Part shown: piece by piece, positions 1 through 8,634 of the stretch
How the letters are laid out: each line of letters opens with the position of its first letter
Position numbering within the stretch: the first letter of the stretch is position 1
From: a virus
Virus record (IMG/VR): IMGVR_UViG_3300022468_000344
Reading direction: 5' to 3' (one strand)
Length of the DNA: 41,352 nt
The notes under the pieces: model-generated
Databases searched by the model: none
Seen by the model: only the letters and a program-made list of their open reading frames with translations
Told to the model about the DNA's origin: nothing
Translations under genes and position numbers: made by a program

Positions 1-55
1 TGGCCAAGCAAATTGGCCAAATCATTACCGGCTACAAACCAACGGACTTAAACGA
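1..55. repeat. Terminal overlap copy 1 (identical to 41298-41352); circularisation signature
   Basis: 55/55 nt identical to the last 55 nt of the window. Confidence 0.95.
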
Positions 56-650
56 GGCCAGCACGCTTAACGACATGCTCAGGCGCTACGCTGACGCGCT
101 GACGCCGTGGGCAACCAAGGTTGCAAGTGACATGCTAACCGAGGTTAACGCGCGCGACATAGGCGCATGGCGTGCGCTTGGTAGCGAGATAAGCAAAGGC
201 GTGATGCGTGACATTATGCTGGCACCGGCTGGCGAGGCTATGCGCGAGTTGTTAGGCGAGCAAGTAACGCTTATTAAAAGCATACCGCTTGACGCCGCCC
301 AGCGCGTGCATGAGTTGACGCTGAAAGGTTTGGAGGACAGCACCCGCGCAAATCAGATTGCAAAAGAGATTATGCGGAGCGGCGAAGTTAGCAAAAGCAA
401 GGCAATGCTGATTGCCCGCACCGAGGTTGCACGCACTGGCTCAATACTCACCGAAACGCGCGCCAAGCACGTTGGCAGTGACGGCTATATTTGGCAGACC
501 AGCCGCGACGGCGACGTGCGACAAAGCCACAAAGAAATGCAAGGCAAGCTCGTTAAATGGAGCGACCCGCCGACACTTGACGGCATGACCGGGCACGCTG
601 GTTGTTTTCCAAACTGCCGTTGCTGGGCTGAGGTTTTATTGCCTGATTAA
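3..650 (+). CDS. Head morphogenesis protein, Mu gpF / SPP1 gp7-like (3' part; true start is ATG 41228 across the circular junction)
   Basis: The frame is open from nt 3, matches listed ORF 75..650, and is continuous with ATG 41228 through the overlap. The C-terminal GHAGCFPNCRCW resembles the NCRC motif of Mu F-like proteins. The gene follows portal. Confidence 0.85.
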   Translation, partial: AKQIGQIITGYKPTDLNEASTLNDMLRRYADALTPWATKVASDMLTEVNARDIGAWRALGSEISKGVMRDIMLAPAGEAMRELLGEQVTLIKSIPLDAAQRVHELTLKGLEDSTRANQIAKEIMRSGEVSKSKAMLIARTEVARTGSILTETRAKHVGSDGYIWQTSRDGDVRQSHKEMQGKLVKWSDPPTLDGMTGHAGCFPNCRCWAEVLLPD

Positions 651-676
651 ACAACATGCATTACGCAAAACACACA

Positions 677-697
677 ACCCGCTCCGGCGGGTTTTTT
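677..697 (+). terminator. Intrinsic terminator after the Mu F-like gene
   Basis: Hairpin ACCCGC-tccg-GCGGGT followed by T6, 27 nt after the stop at 650. Confidence 0.6.
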
Positions 698-710
698 ATT
701 GGACAAGACC

Positions 711-2006
711 ATGAAAACCAAAACAAACGACCGCATGGGCTTTTTGACGGTTGAGCAACTAGGCCCCAAGCAAAGCATGACGCCTGAGGGCTTTTTGCTA
801 TGCGAGAGCGTGCCCATTGCCCGCATTGGCAACCAAATGTATAGCGATAAAGAAATACCGCTTGAGGGCGACGCTGACGGGCTTTTGCAGATTGAGCGCG
901 CACCGGACGAGGTATTTAAAGACGAAACACTGGCAAGCTTTGAGGGCAAGCCGGTAACGATTGACCACCCCGACACATTTGTTAACCCGGAAAACTGGAA
1001 AGAGTTAGCCGTTGGGGTAACTCAAAACGTGCGCCGCGGCGCCGGTATTGAGGACGACCTTTTGCTTGCTGATTTGTTAGTTACTGACCAGCAAGCGATT
1101 GAGGCAGTACGCGCGGGGCTTAGAGAGGTTTCGTGCGGCTATGAGGCTGATTATGAGCAAGTGGCACCCGGCAAAGGGCGCCAGTTAAACATCATTGGCA
1201 ATCATGTGGCGCTTGTAGAGCGTGGCCGCGCTGGCCCGCGTTGTTCAATTCAAGATAAGGATTTAAACATGAAACAGAAACCAAAAGGAAAGTTGAGCTT
1301 TATTGACAAGCTCAAAAAGTTTTTAGACAGCGAGGTTGAGGCTGAAAAACTGGAAAACCAAACCGCCGACGAGGGCGAGGAGGAAAGCCAAATGCCAATC
1401 GGCAAAAAAGAGCTTGAGGCTGAGGAAAAAACCACAGATGAGGGCGACATTGGCGAGCGCTTAGCACGCATTGAGGCAGTGCTGGCCAAGTTGGTCCCAA
1501 TGGAGGAGGAGGAGCACGAAACGAACCTTGACGCTGAAAACGAGGAGGCCGAGGCTGAGGAGGAGGAAACCACCGACGACGTGCTAGAGGCTGAAACCGC
1601 CGAAACCAACGGCGAGGCAAAGGGCACAGTGCTGACAGGCGACAGTTTGAAAGCAGTGATTGCACGCGCTGAGATTTTGGCGCCGGGCATCCAAGTGCCA
1701 ACAGGCGACGCGGCAGGCGCAAGCAAAACCATTGCAACATTGCAACGCAAGGCGCTGGCCACAGCATACGCGACAGCAGACGGCAAAAAAGCAATTGAGC
1801 CGTTTTTGATGAAACGCGAGATTAAAAAATTAACCGGCGACGCTTTAAGCGCGGTGTTTACTGGCGCGGCTGAGTTAATGCGCGTTAACAACAACACACG
1901 CGGCATGCGCATGAGCGCCGCTACAACGGATTTCGGTAAAGCGACAAGCCCAGCCGATATTAACGCCCGTAACCGGGAACATTGGGCCAAGCAAACCGGC
2001 CGCTAA
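711..2006 (+). CDS. Putative prohead scaffold / protease-like protein (DUF2213-like N-domain, acidic middle)
   Basis: Listed ORF 699..2006. ATG 711 is preferred because TTG 699 lies in the terminator T-tract. It has an acidic segment (EEEEHETNLDAENEEAEAEEEE) typical of scaffolds and sits between the Mu F-like and capsid genes. Confidence 0.65.
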   Translation: MKTKTNDRMGFLTVEQLGPKQSMTPEGFLLCESVPIARIGNQMYSDKEIPLEGDADGLLQIERAPDEVFKDETLASFEGKPVTIDHPDTFVNPENWKELAVGVTQNVRRGAGIEDDLLLADLLVTDQQAIEAVRAGLREVSCGYEADYEQVAPGKGRQLNIIGNHVALVERGRAGPRCSIQDKDLNMKQKPKGKLSFIDKLKKFLDSEVEAEKLENQTADEGEEESQMPIGKKELEAEEKTTDEGDIGERLARIEAVLAKLVPMEEEEHETNLDAENEEAEAEEEETTDDVLEAETAETNGEAKGTVLTGDSLKAVIARAEILAPGIQVPTGDAAGASKTIATLQRKALATAYATADGKKAIEPFLMKREIKKLTGDALSAVFTGAAELMRVNNNTRGMRMSAATTDFGKATSPADINARNREHWAKQTGR

Positions 2007-2024
2007 CATAAAGGAAAAAACATC

Positions 2025-2516
2025 ATGGTAGCTTTTCTAACACGCATGCCTTACGGCATCCCCGGCGATATTACCCGCCAATCTCAGGCAAAGATTGAGG
2101 CGCAAGTTTTAAACGCCTCTTTGCCATTCTCAGCGTTTGGCCTAGTTGGCAAAATTGCATCCGGCAAGTTTGTGCCATTTGCAGGCGCGGAAACTGACGC
2201 GGACGACTACGGCATTTTAGTGCGCCCTTATCCAGTTACAGGCGCCAACGCAAGTGACCCGCTGGGCACCTCAGTGCCACAAACCAGCGGCATTGCAAAC
2301 GTTTTGCGCTCCGGTTACATCAACGTTAAAAACAATGCTGGCACGCCAGGCGTTGGCGGTGCGGTGTATGTGCGCGTTGCTAATGCGGCGGCAGGCAAGC
2401 CAATTGGCGGCTTTGAGGCGGTTGCTGACAGCACCAATACAATTGTGCTGACAGGTGCAACTTTCGCCGGTGCCGCAGACGCTAACGGCAACGTTGAAAT
2501 TGCTTACAACATTTAA
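2025..2516 (+). CDS. Head decoration / cement-like protein (function by position only)
   Basis: AAGGA SD. 163 aa, Gly/Ala-rich, immediately upstream of the major capsid gene. Confidence 0.5.
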   Translation: MVAFLTRMPYGIPGDITRQSQAKIEAQVLNASLPFSAFGLVGKIASGKFVPFAGAETDADDYGILVRPYPVTGANASDPLGTSVPQTSGIANVLRSGYINVKNNAGTPGVGGAVYVRVANAAAGKPIGGFEAVADSTNTIVLTGATFAGAADANGNVEIAYNI

Positions 2517-2529
2517 TAAGGGGTAGAAC

Positions 2530-3513
2530 ATGAACCGCAATTTAATTCGTGTCGCAACACGCGACGCGCTTATGACTTTTGACGCTCGCACTATTGACAG
2601 CGCGGGCGTTTTCTTAATTGGCGAGCTTGAACGCTTAGACCAAAAACTACACATGCCGCTTGCGACCGTTACTTGGTCGCGCGACATTATGCTACGCGAG
2701 GACGTAAGCATTGCTGACGAGTTTAGCTCATTTACAAACTCAAGCTTTGCGGCCGCTCCGGGCGTGCAAGGCTCAGGCAAAGCATGGGTTGGTAAAGACT
2801 CCAACGCAATTACTGGCATTTCGCTGGACATTGGCAAGACTTCAAACCCGTTGCCTTTGTGGGCAATGCAATTGGGCTGGACTTTGCCGGAGTTGGAAAG
2901 TGCGCAAAAACTTGGCCGTCCAGTTGACCAGCAAAAATTCAGCGGTATGCAATTAAAATACCAAATGGATATTGACGAGCAGGTTTACATTGGCGATACA
3001 GCGCTCGGCTTCACTGGCTTGGTTAACAGTGCATTGGTTACTAACGTTGCCAACGCAACAACCGGCGGCTGGGGCAGTGCTACCGCTGACCAAATCTTGG
3101 CAGACGTTAACGAGTTGCTTAACTCAGTTTGGACAGCCTCAGCTTACGCAGTATGCCCAAGCAAATTGCTGATTGACCCGGTAAATTACAGCCGCTTAGT
3201 AAGCAAGCTGGTTTCAACCGCTGGCAATATCTCAATCCTTGAGTTTTTGAAACAAAACAGCTTGTCAAACTCAATCAACGGCAAACCGCTTGATATTCAA
3301 CCGGTTAAATGGTTAACTAGCCGTGGCACAAGCAACACAAACCGCATGGTTGCTTACACGCCGGACGACGACAAAGTGCGTTTCCCATTGGTGCCGTTAC
3401 AACGCACACCGCTGGAATACCGCGACTTGCGCCAGTTGACAACATACTTTGGCCGCTTGGGTGTGGTTGAGTTTGTTTACCCTGAAACACTCGGCTACCG
3501 CGACAACATTTAA
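2530..3513 (+). CDS. Major capsid protein (DUF2184-like, HK97-fold class)
   Basis: AAGGGG SD. 327 aa. Its position after scaffold and decoration genes and its sequence resemble DUF2184-type capsid proteins. Confidence 0.75.
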   Translation: MNRNLIRVATRDALMTFDARTIDSAGVFLIGELERLDQKLHMPLATVTWSRDIMLREDVSIADEFSSFTNSSFAAAPGVQGSGKAWVGKDSNAITGISLDIGKTSNPLPLWAMQLGWTLPELESAQKLGRPVDQQKFSGMQLKYQMDIDEQVYIGDTALGFTGLVNSALVTNVANATTGGWGSATADQILADVNELLNSVWTASAYAVCPSKLLIDPVNYSRLVSKLVSTAGNISILEFLKQNSLSNSINGKPLDIQPVKWLTSRGTSNTNRMVAYTPDDDKVRFPLVPLQRTPLEYRDLRQLTTYFGRLGVVEFVYPETLGYRDNI

Positions 3514-3524
3514 GGAGAAACGGC

Positions 3525-3848
3525 ATGGCTACAATTCAAGTTACAAAAGCGTTTAACCTTAACATTGATGCGGTAATTACGCATTACCCGGTTGGCAAGC
3601 ACGAAGTTGCCGACGACGTGGCAAACCACCCTTGGGTGCAACATTTCATTGAGGCAGACGAAAAGCCGGCCGCAGATGAAAAAACAGCCGAGCAAGTGGC
3701 CGCGGAAACTGAGGCGATTGTTAAGGGATTGGTAACGGACGATAAACCGGTGCCAATCATGGACACAATCAACGCCGCATTAAAAGAGGCAGGCTTGCCA
3801 GCAATTAAAGCCGCTGACCGCGACGCGATTTTAACCGTAACAGAGTAA
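3525..3848 (+). CDS. Hypothetical head-associated protein
   Basis: AAGGAG SD. 107 aa, acidic, with no recognised motif. Confidence 0.6.
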   Translation: MATIQVTKAFNLNIDAVITHYPVGKHEVADDVANHPWVQHFIEADEKPAADEKTAEQVAAETEAIVKGLVTDDKPVPIMDTINAALKEAGLPAIKAADRDAILTVTE

Positions 3849-3858
3849 GGTAATAAAA

Positions 3859-4242
3859 ATGGATATAACCACCTTTCGGCAGGATTTCCCGGAGTTTGCC
3901 AGCACAACCGATTACCCCGACGCACAAGTGCAGTTTTGGCTCGGCGTGGGCGGCAAGCTTTTGCGTGCTGACAGGTGGTTTGACCTTTTAGACCAAGGGC
4001 TTGAGCTTTTCACAGCGCACCATTTGGCAATACAAGCAAAAGACAAAAAGACCTCCGCGGCCGGCGGCATACCCGGAGCGGTGCAAGGTCAACAAACATC
4101 AAAATCCGTGGACAAAGTAAGCGTAAGTTACGACACAAGCAAAGTATCGTATGAGGACGCAGGCTTTTGGAATATGACGAGTTACGGTATTCAATACTGG
4201 AATTTATTAATGATGGTTGGCGCCGGCGGCGTGCAACTATAA
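3859..4242 (+). CDS. Head-tail connector/adaptor (DUF4054-like)
   Basis: The N-terminus MDITTFRQDFPEF...FWLG resembles DUF4054 proteins. The gene sits after the capsid genes. Confidence 0.55.
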   Translation: MDITTFRQDFPEFASTTDYPDAQVQFWLGVGGKLLRADRWFDLLDQGLELFTAHHLAIQAKDKKTSAAGGIPGAVQGQQTSKSVDKVSVSYDTSKVSYEDAGFWNMTSYGIQYWNLLMMVGAGGVQL

Positions 4243-4252
4243 GGACAACAAC

Positions 4253-4483
4253 ATGCTTACAGTGTTATTGACAGCACTATGCTTGGCCGGCGTACTGGTT
4301 ACGCTTTTTGGCGCATGGGTGCTTGTAATGCTGGGCAAAGGTTTGCGGGCGCCGGCAGATACCAGCAACCGCATTAACCGCGTGCGCTTGCTTTGGTTTG
4401 TGCTGACGCGGCCGGAGCTTTTTGTTGACGCTTTCCCGTGGCTTAAACACGACGAGCTAGACAACATACAGGGCGCGCCATGA
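4253..4483 (+). CDS. Small single-pass membrane protein (76 aa) inside the head-neck module
   Basis: AAGGA lies 7 nt before ATG 4253 (listed ORF 4217..4483). Hydrophobic helix LLTALCLAGVLVTLFGAWVLVML. The stop overlaps the next start (ATGA). Confidence 0.55.
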   Translation: MLTVLLTALCLAGVLVTLFGAWVLVMLGKGLRAPADTSNRINRVRLLWFVLTRPELFVDAFPWLKHDELDNIQGAP

Positions 4484-5016
4484 AAGGCGTGCGCGTTACC
4501 AAGGACATATTGGCCGAGGTTGTACGGAGCATTAACAACTTGGTTAAAAAGGACGTGTTTGTGGGCATACCTGATACCACAACCGAGCGCGACGACAGCG
4601 AGCCGGTAAACAATGCAACGCTGGGCTATATACATGAGAACGGTAGCCCGGTGCGCAATATACCAGCGCGGCCGTTTTTGGTGCCGGGCGTTGAGGATGC
4701 GCAAGAGCGCATAGGGCAAAGGCTTAACAAGGCCGCAAAAGCCGCGCTAAACAGCCAGCGCCGCAAAAGCGACGACGAGCTAGAGGCGGCCGGCATGATT
4801 GCCCGCGACAGCGTAAAGCGCAAGATTAACAGCGGCGACTTTGAACCGTTGGCCGCGGCAACATTGCGCGCACGGGCGGCAAAAGGCCGCAAAGGTGCAC
4901 AAGCCGAGCTTGCCAGCCGAGCCGCAGGCAATGCGCCAAACAACGACAACGCAAGGCCGCTGATTGACACCGGCCAGCTACGCAACAGCATTAACTATGT
5001 TGTACGCAATAAATAG
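4480..5016 (+). CDS. Neck / head-tail joining protein (HK97 gp10-like)
   Basis: ATGA coupling to the previous gene. NIPARPFLVPG resembles the gp10-like family motif. Confidence 0.55.
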   Translation: MKGVRVTKDILAEVVRSINNLVKKDVFVGIPDTTTERDDSEPVNNATLGYIHENGSPVRNIPARPFLVPGVEDAQERIGQRLNKAAKAALNSQRRKSDDELEAAGMIARDSVKRKINSGDFEPLAAATLRARAAKGRKGAQAELASRAAGNAPNNDNARPLIDTGQLRNSINYVVRNK

Positions 5017-5044
5017 TTAACCTATAAGTTAACAAACGCACACA

Positions 5045-5067
5045 AAGCCCCTTTACGGGGCTTTTTT
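5045..5067 (+). terminator. Intrinsic terminator inside the late operon
   Basis: AAGCCCC-tttac-GGGGCTT followed by a T-run, 29 nt after the stop at 5016. Confidence 0.7.
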
Positions 5068-5082
5068 CATTTGGGGCATGCA

Positions 5083-5454
5083 ATGGCATTACTTGACGTT
5101 AGCGACGTGCTGACAGACCCGGACTTTGTGGACGGCGGGCTTGTTTGTTACCGCCGGGAGCAAATAATCGGCACTAACGGCATGGCAACCAATACCGAAA
5201 CGCAATTTACCTTTAGCGCCGTAGTAACCAGCGCCAGCGGCTTTGAATTGAACCGCGAGCCGGACGGTGAATTTATCAAGGGCTTAATTACGGTACACAC
5301 AAAATTTGCTTTGCAGGACGGCGCGGCGGGCTTGACCGCTGACGAGATACTTTGGCAGGGCAAGCGCTATACCGTTGAAAAAATAGACAATTACACACAC
5401 TTCGGCCGCGGCTTCATTGCGGCGGTTTGTGCATTAAAACCATTAGCGGGGTAA
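5083..5454 (+). CDS. Hypothetical virion (neck/tail) protein
   Basis: Listed ORF 5071..5454 starts at TTG; the first ATG is 5083. It lies between the neck and sheath genes. Confidence 0.6.
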   Translation: MALLDVSDVLTDPDFVDGGLVCYRREQIIGTNGMATNTETQFTFSAVVTSASGFELNREPDGEFIKGLITVHTKFALQDGAAGLTADEILWQGKRYTVEKIDNYTHFGRGFIAAVCALKPLAG

Positions 5455-5457
5455 TAC

Positions 5458-6033
5458 ATGGCAAACACTAGCGCAACAGGCGGTTATTTATCGCCAAGCG
5501 TAACCACGCCGCCGCTTGAGGATGACGCACTAGACGCCGAGTTTCAAAAGGCCGTTGCTGGCATTACCGGGCTTGCGGGGGAAATGGTGCGGCCACGCTG
5601 GCAACCGGGAAACCCTAAGCAACCGGAGCCAACGACGGATTGGTGCGCAATCGGTATTGCAACGCAGACGCCCGACGCGACGCCGCACATACAGCACACC
5701 GGCACCGGCGACGGTAAAGACACGCTAAAACGCCATGAGGCAATCAAGTTGCTTTGCACGTTTTACGGGCCTAACAGCAAGCGCAATGCGGCAACCATGC
5801 GCGACGGCATACAAATGCCGCAAAACTTGGAGTTGCTGGCGCTGGCCAGTATTGGCCTAACTAACGTGGGCGAAATTCAAGCAGTGCCGGAATTGGTCAA
5901 CCAGCAATGGATTAAGCGCTATGACCTGCCGCTATTTTTCAGCCGGCAAATTGTGCGCGATTACAGCGTGCTTAACATTCTTTCAGCAGACCCAATTCTT
6001 ATCTCCGACGAGATTGGAATTATTACAAACTAA
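5458..6033 (+). CDS. Putative tail terminator / sheath-proximal protein
   Basis: 191 aa, directly upstream of the sheath gene. Function is inferred from position only. Confidence 0.45.
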   Translation: MANTSATGGYLSPSVTTPPLEDDALDAEFQKAVAGITGLAGEMVRPRWQPGNPKQPEPTTDWCAIGIATQTPDATPHIQHTGTGDGKDTLKRHEAIKLLCTFYGPNSKRNAATMRDGIQMPQNLELLALASIGLTNVGEIQAVPELVNQQWIKRYDLPLFFSRQIVRDYSVLNILSADPILISDEIGIITN

Positions 6034-6049
6034 TCATTGGAGTTAAGAA

Positions 6050-7540
6050 ATGACAACACTAGGCTTACCAATAAGCGATATTGTTAACGTGCAAGTGGTG
6101 CTTACACCATTGGCCGCGCAAACCCGCAACTTTGGCTCGTTGCTGATTTTGGGCGACAGCGACGTTATAGACACCACCGAGCGCTTGCGCTTATACACAA
6201 CCCTTGACGCAATTGCTGAGGACTTCGGCACCAACGCACCTGAGTACAAAGCGGCCTCGCTTTACTACGGCCAAACCCCACAGCCAAGCGTTTGCTACGT
6301 GGGCAAATGGGCGCAATCAGCAACGGCCGGCTTGTTACGCGGCGGCGTGCTATCAACAGCGCAACAAGCGCTTGCCAACTTTACGGCAATTACTGCCGGC
6401 GGCGCAAAAATTACCGTTGACGGTGGCGCTGAGCAAGTTCTTAGCGGCTTAAATTTCAGCGGCGCGGCAAACCTTAATGCAGTTGCGGCAATCCTTGACG
6501 CGGCTATTACTGGCGCAACCGTAGTTTGGGATAGCAACAACGCGCGCTTTGTGATTACCAGCGCAACCACCGGCGCAACTTCAACCGTTAGCTTTGCCAG
6601 CGCACCAGCAAGCGGCACCGACATTACAAACGCTTTCCGCATTGGCTCAGATGACGAGGGTTACATTGTGGCAGGCGTTGCGGCTGAGGCGTTGGTTGAC
6701 GCAGTGCAAACGCTTACAAACATGAGTTCTGATTGGTACGGCCTTTATGTGGCCAGCAATCCAGTGCCGACAAACGACGAGATTTTGGCCGTTGCGGCAT
6801 ATATTGAGGGCTCCGGCTTATCGCGCATTTACGGCGTTACTACACAAGCAACCGCCGTGCTGGACAGCGTTGTTACAAACGACATTGCCAGCCAATTAAA
6901 AGCTGTGGGCTACAAACGCACCTTTGTGCAATATTCAAGCTCAAACGCACACGCCGCCGCCTCAATCTTTGGCCGCGCGTTTACGGTTAACTTTGACGGT
7001 AGCAACACAACGCTAACAATCAAATTCAAGCAAGAGCCTGGCGTTGCCGCTGAAACACTGACCTCAAGCCAAGCCGCAACGTTGCGCGATAAGAATTGCA
7101 ACGTATTCGTGCGCTATAACAACGACACCTCAATTATTCAAGAGGGCGTCATGGTTAACGGCTATTTCTTTGACGAGGTACACGGCACCGATTGGTTGCA
7201 AAACGACGTGCAAACCGCGGTTTGGAATTTGTTATATACAAGCCCAACCAAAGTGCCGCAAACCGACGCAGGCGTTAACCAAATCTTAACCACAATCAAC
7301 CAGCGCTTAGAGCAAGCGGTTGTTAACGGCTTAGTTGCGCCGGGTGTTTGGAACGCTCCGGGCTTTGGCGCGCTTAACCAAGGCGATACGCTGAGCACTG
7401 GTTATTACACTTATGCGCCGGCGGTTGCAACGCAATCACAAGCAGACCGCGAGGCACGCAAGGCGCCGGTAATTCAATGCGCAATCAAGTTAGCGGGTGC
7501 GGTGCACTTTGTTGATTGCATTATTAACGTTAACCGCTAA
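6050..7540 (+). CDS. Tail sheath protein (DUF3383-like)
   Basis: GGAG SD. 496 aa. The N-terminus [15 protein letters not shown]...FGSLLILG resembles DUF3383 sheath proteins. It is followed by tube, chaperone and tape measure genes. Confidence 0.8.
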   Translation: MTTLGLPISDIVNVQVVLTPLAAQTRNFGSLLILGDSDVIDTTERLRLYTTLDAIAEDFGTNAPEYKAASLYYGQTPQPSVCYVGKWAQSATAGLLRGGVLSTAQQALANFTAITAGGAKITVDGGAEQVLSGLNFSGAANLNAVAAILDAAITGATVVWDSNNARFVITSATTGATSTVSFASAPASGTDITNAFRIGSDDEGYIVAGVAAEALVDAVQTLTNMSSDWYGLYVASNPVPTNDEILAVAAYIEGSGLSRIYGVTTQATAVLDSVVTNDIASQLKAVGYKRTFVQYSSSNAHAAASIFGRAFTVNFDGSNTTLTIKFKQEPGVAAETLTSSQAATLRDKNCNVFVRYNNDTSIIQEGVMVNGYFFDEVHGTDWLQNDVQTAVWNLLYTSPTKVPQTDAGVNQILTTINQRLEQAVVNGLVAPGVWNAPGFGALNQGDTLSTGYYTYAPAVATQSQADREARKAPVIQCAIKLAGAVHFVDCIINVNR

Positions 7541-7550
7541 GGATTAGAAA

Positions 7551-7991
7551 ATGGCTACATATTCATTTATAGACGTACAGGCAACGCTAGTTGGCCCAAC
7601 CGGCGTAATTAACCTCGGCTATGGCGCGGCCAACAGCGAGGAGGGCATTAGCATTGCCGCCGGCGGTGACAAAAACACCATGATGATTGGCGCGGACGGC
7701 GAGGGCATGCATAGCTTGCACGCTGACAAATCCGGGCAACTCACAGTACGCTTGCTTAAAACTTCGCCGCAAAATGCGAAGTTGCAAGCCATGTATGACG
7801 CGCAAACCATTGCCAGCCAGTTACACGGCCAAAACGTTATTACGGTAACAAACAGCAAAAGCGGCGACGTAACAGTTGCACGCGAGTGCGCGTTTAAGAA
7901 AAAGCCCGACCTAAATTACCGCAAAGACGGCGACATTGTTGAGTGGGTTTGGGATGCAATCAAGATTGACACAATTTTGGGCACGTTTTAA
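7551..7991 (+). CDS. Tail tube protein (DUF3277-like)
   Basis: AAGGA SD. 146 aa. SFIDVQATLVGP...LLKTSPQN resembles DUF3277. It sits after the sheath gene. Confidence 0.75.
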   Translation: MATYSFIDVQATLVGPTGVINLGYGAANSEEGISIAAGGDKNTMMIGADGEGMHSLHADKSGQLTVRLLKTSPQNAKLQAMYDAQTIASQLHGQNVITVTNSKSGDVTVARECAFKKKPDLNYRKDGDIVEWVWDAIKIDTILGTF

Positions 7992-8002
7992 GGGAGTAAG
8001 GC

Positions 8003-8440
8003 ATGGTTGAATTTGAGTTAAGCGGTAACACTTACCGCGCTGGCAAAATGGATGCTTTCAAGCAGTTTCACGTAAGTCGCAAGATTGCGCCCATTGTGCC
8101 AACGCTGATACCGGTTTTTGTGCGCTTATCGCAGGACAAAAAGCTTACCGAGGACTTGGGCGCATTTAGCGAATTGCTAGGCCCATTTGCCGAGGGATTG
8201 GCCGGCATGAGCGACGCAGACAGTGAGTACATTATTGCAACCTGCTTGGCGGTTGTTAGCCGCGAAAGCAACGGCAATTGGTCGGCAGTTTGGAATAAGG
8301 GCGCCAACGCTTGCATGTTTGACGACATGGACTTGGGCGTAATGATGCAAATAGTTATCAAGGTTGTGCAGGATAGCCTAGGCCCTTTTATTCAAGGCCT
8401 GCTTATGAGCCAAGCGGGCACAGCGAATTTGGAGGCATAA
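8003..8440 (+). CDS. Tail assembly chaperone (gpG-like, zero-frame product)
   Basis: AAGGGAG SD. 145 aa, acidic, immediately upstream of the tape measure gene. Confidence 0.7.
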   Translation: MVEFELSGNTYRAGKMDAFKQFHVSRKIAPIVPTLIPVFVRLSQDKKLTEDLGAFSELLGPFAEGLAGMSDADSEYIIATCLAVVSRESNGNWSAVWNKGANACMFDDMDLGVMMQIVIKVVQDSLGPFIQGLLMSQAGTANLEA

Positions 8441-8634
8441 CGTGGCAATCCTTGCCCAGCGGCGAGGATTGGTTACTGGCTCCCGTCATTGCAGGGCTTT
8501 GCAAGTATGAAAGCCTTAAAGACGGCACGCTTGACCTTTGCGACATTGGCTTAATGAACGACGCTTTAGCCGTCAAGGCCGACAATGAAACAATCGCAAG
8601 GCAATATATAGAACGGAAAAATAGCAATGGCTGA
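8003..8634 (+). CDS. Tail assembly chaperone -1 frameshift fusion (gpGT-like), slip at 8383-8389
   Basis: Slippery heptamer C_CCT_TTT in the zero frame. The -1 frame is open from 8377 to 8634 and ends within the tape measure start. The predicted fusion is 210 aa. Confidence 0.55.

Noticed and set aside
1-55. The terminal repeat as a biological direct terminal repeat, or as att duplication of an integrated prophage.
   Set aside because: The exact 55-nt length matches a common assembler k-mer, and a gene reads seamlessly through the junction. There is no host-like flanking DNA. This cannot be fully excluded without reads.
1250-1990. Long antisense ORFs opposite real genes (for example 1250..1990 -, 9076..9648 -, 12585..13232 -, 26290..26901 +, 36655..37104 -).
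   Set aside because: They have low-complexity Ser/Ala/Pro/Arg-rich translations and no SD. They lie fully inside well-supported genes on the other strand, so they are typical shadow ORFs.
8452-8634. Listed 60-aa ORF as an independent gene.
   Set aside because: It has only a TTG start and no SD. Its frame is open upstream to 8377 and is reached by the CCCTTTT slippery site, so it is better explained as the frameshift extension of the chaperone.
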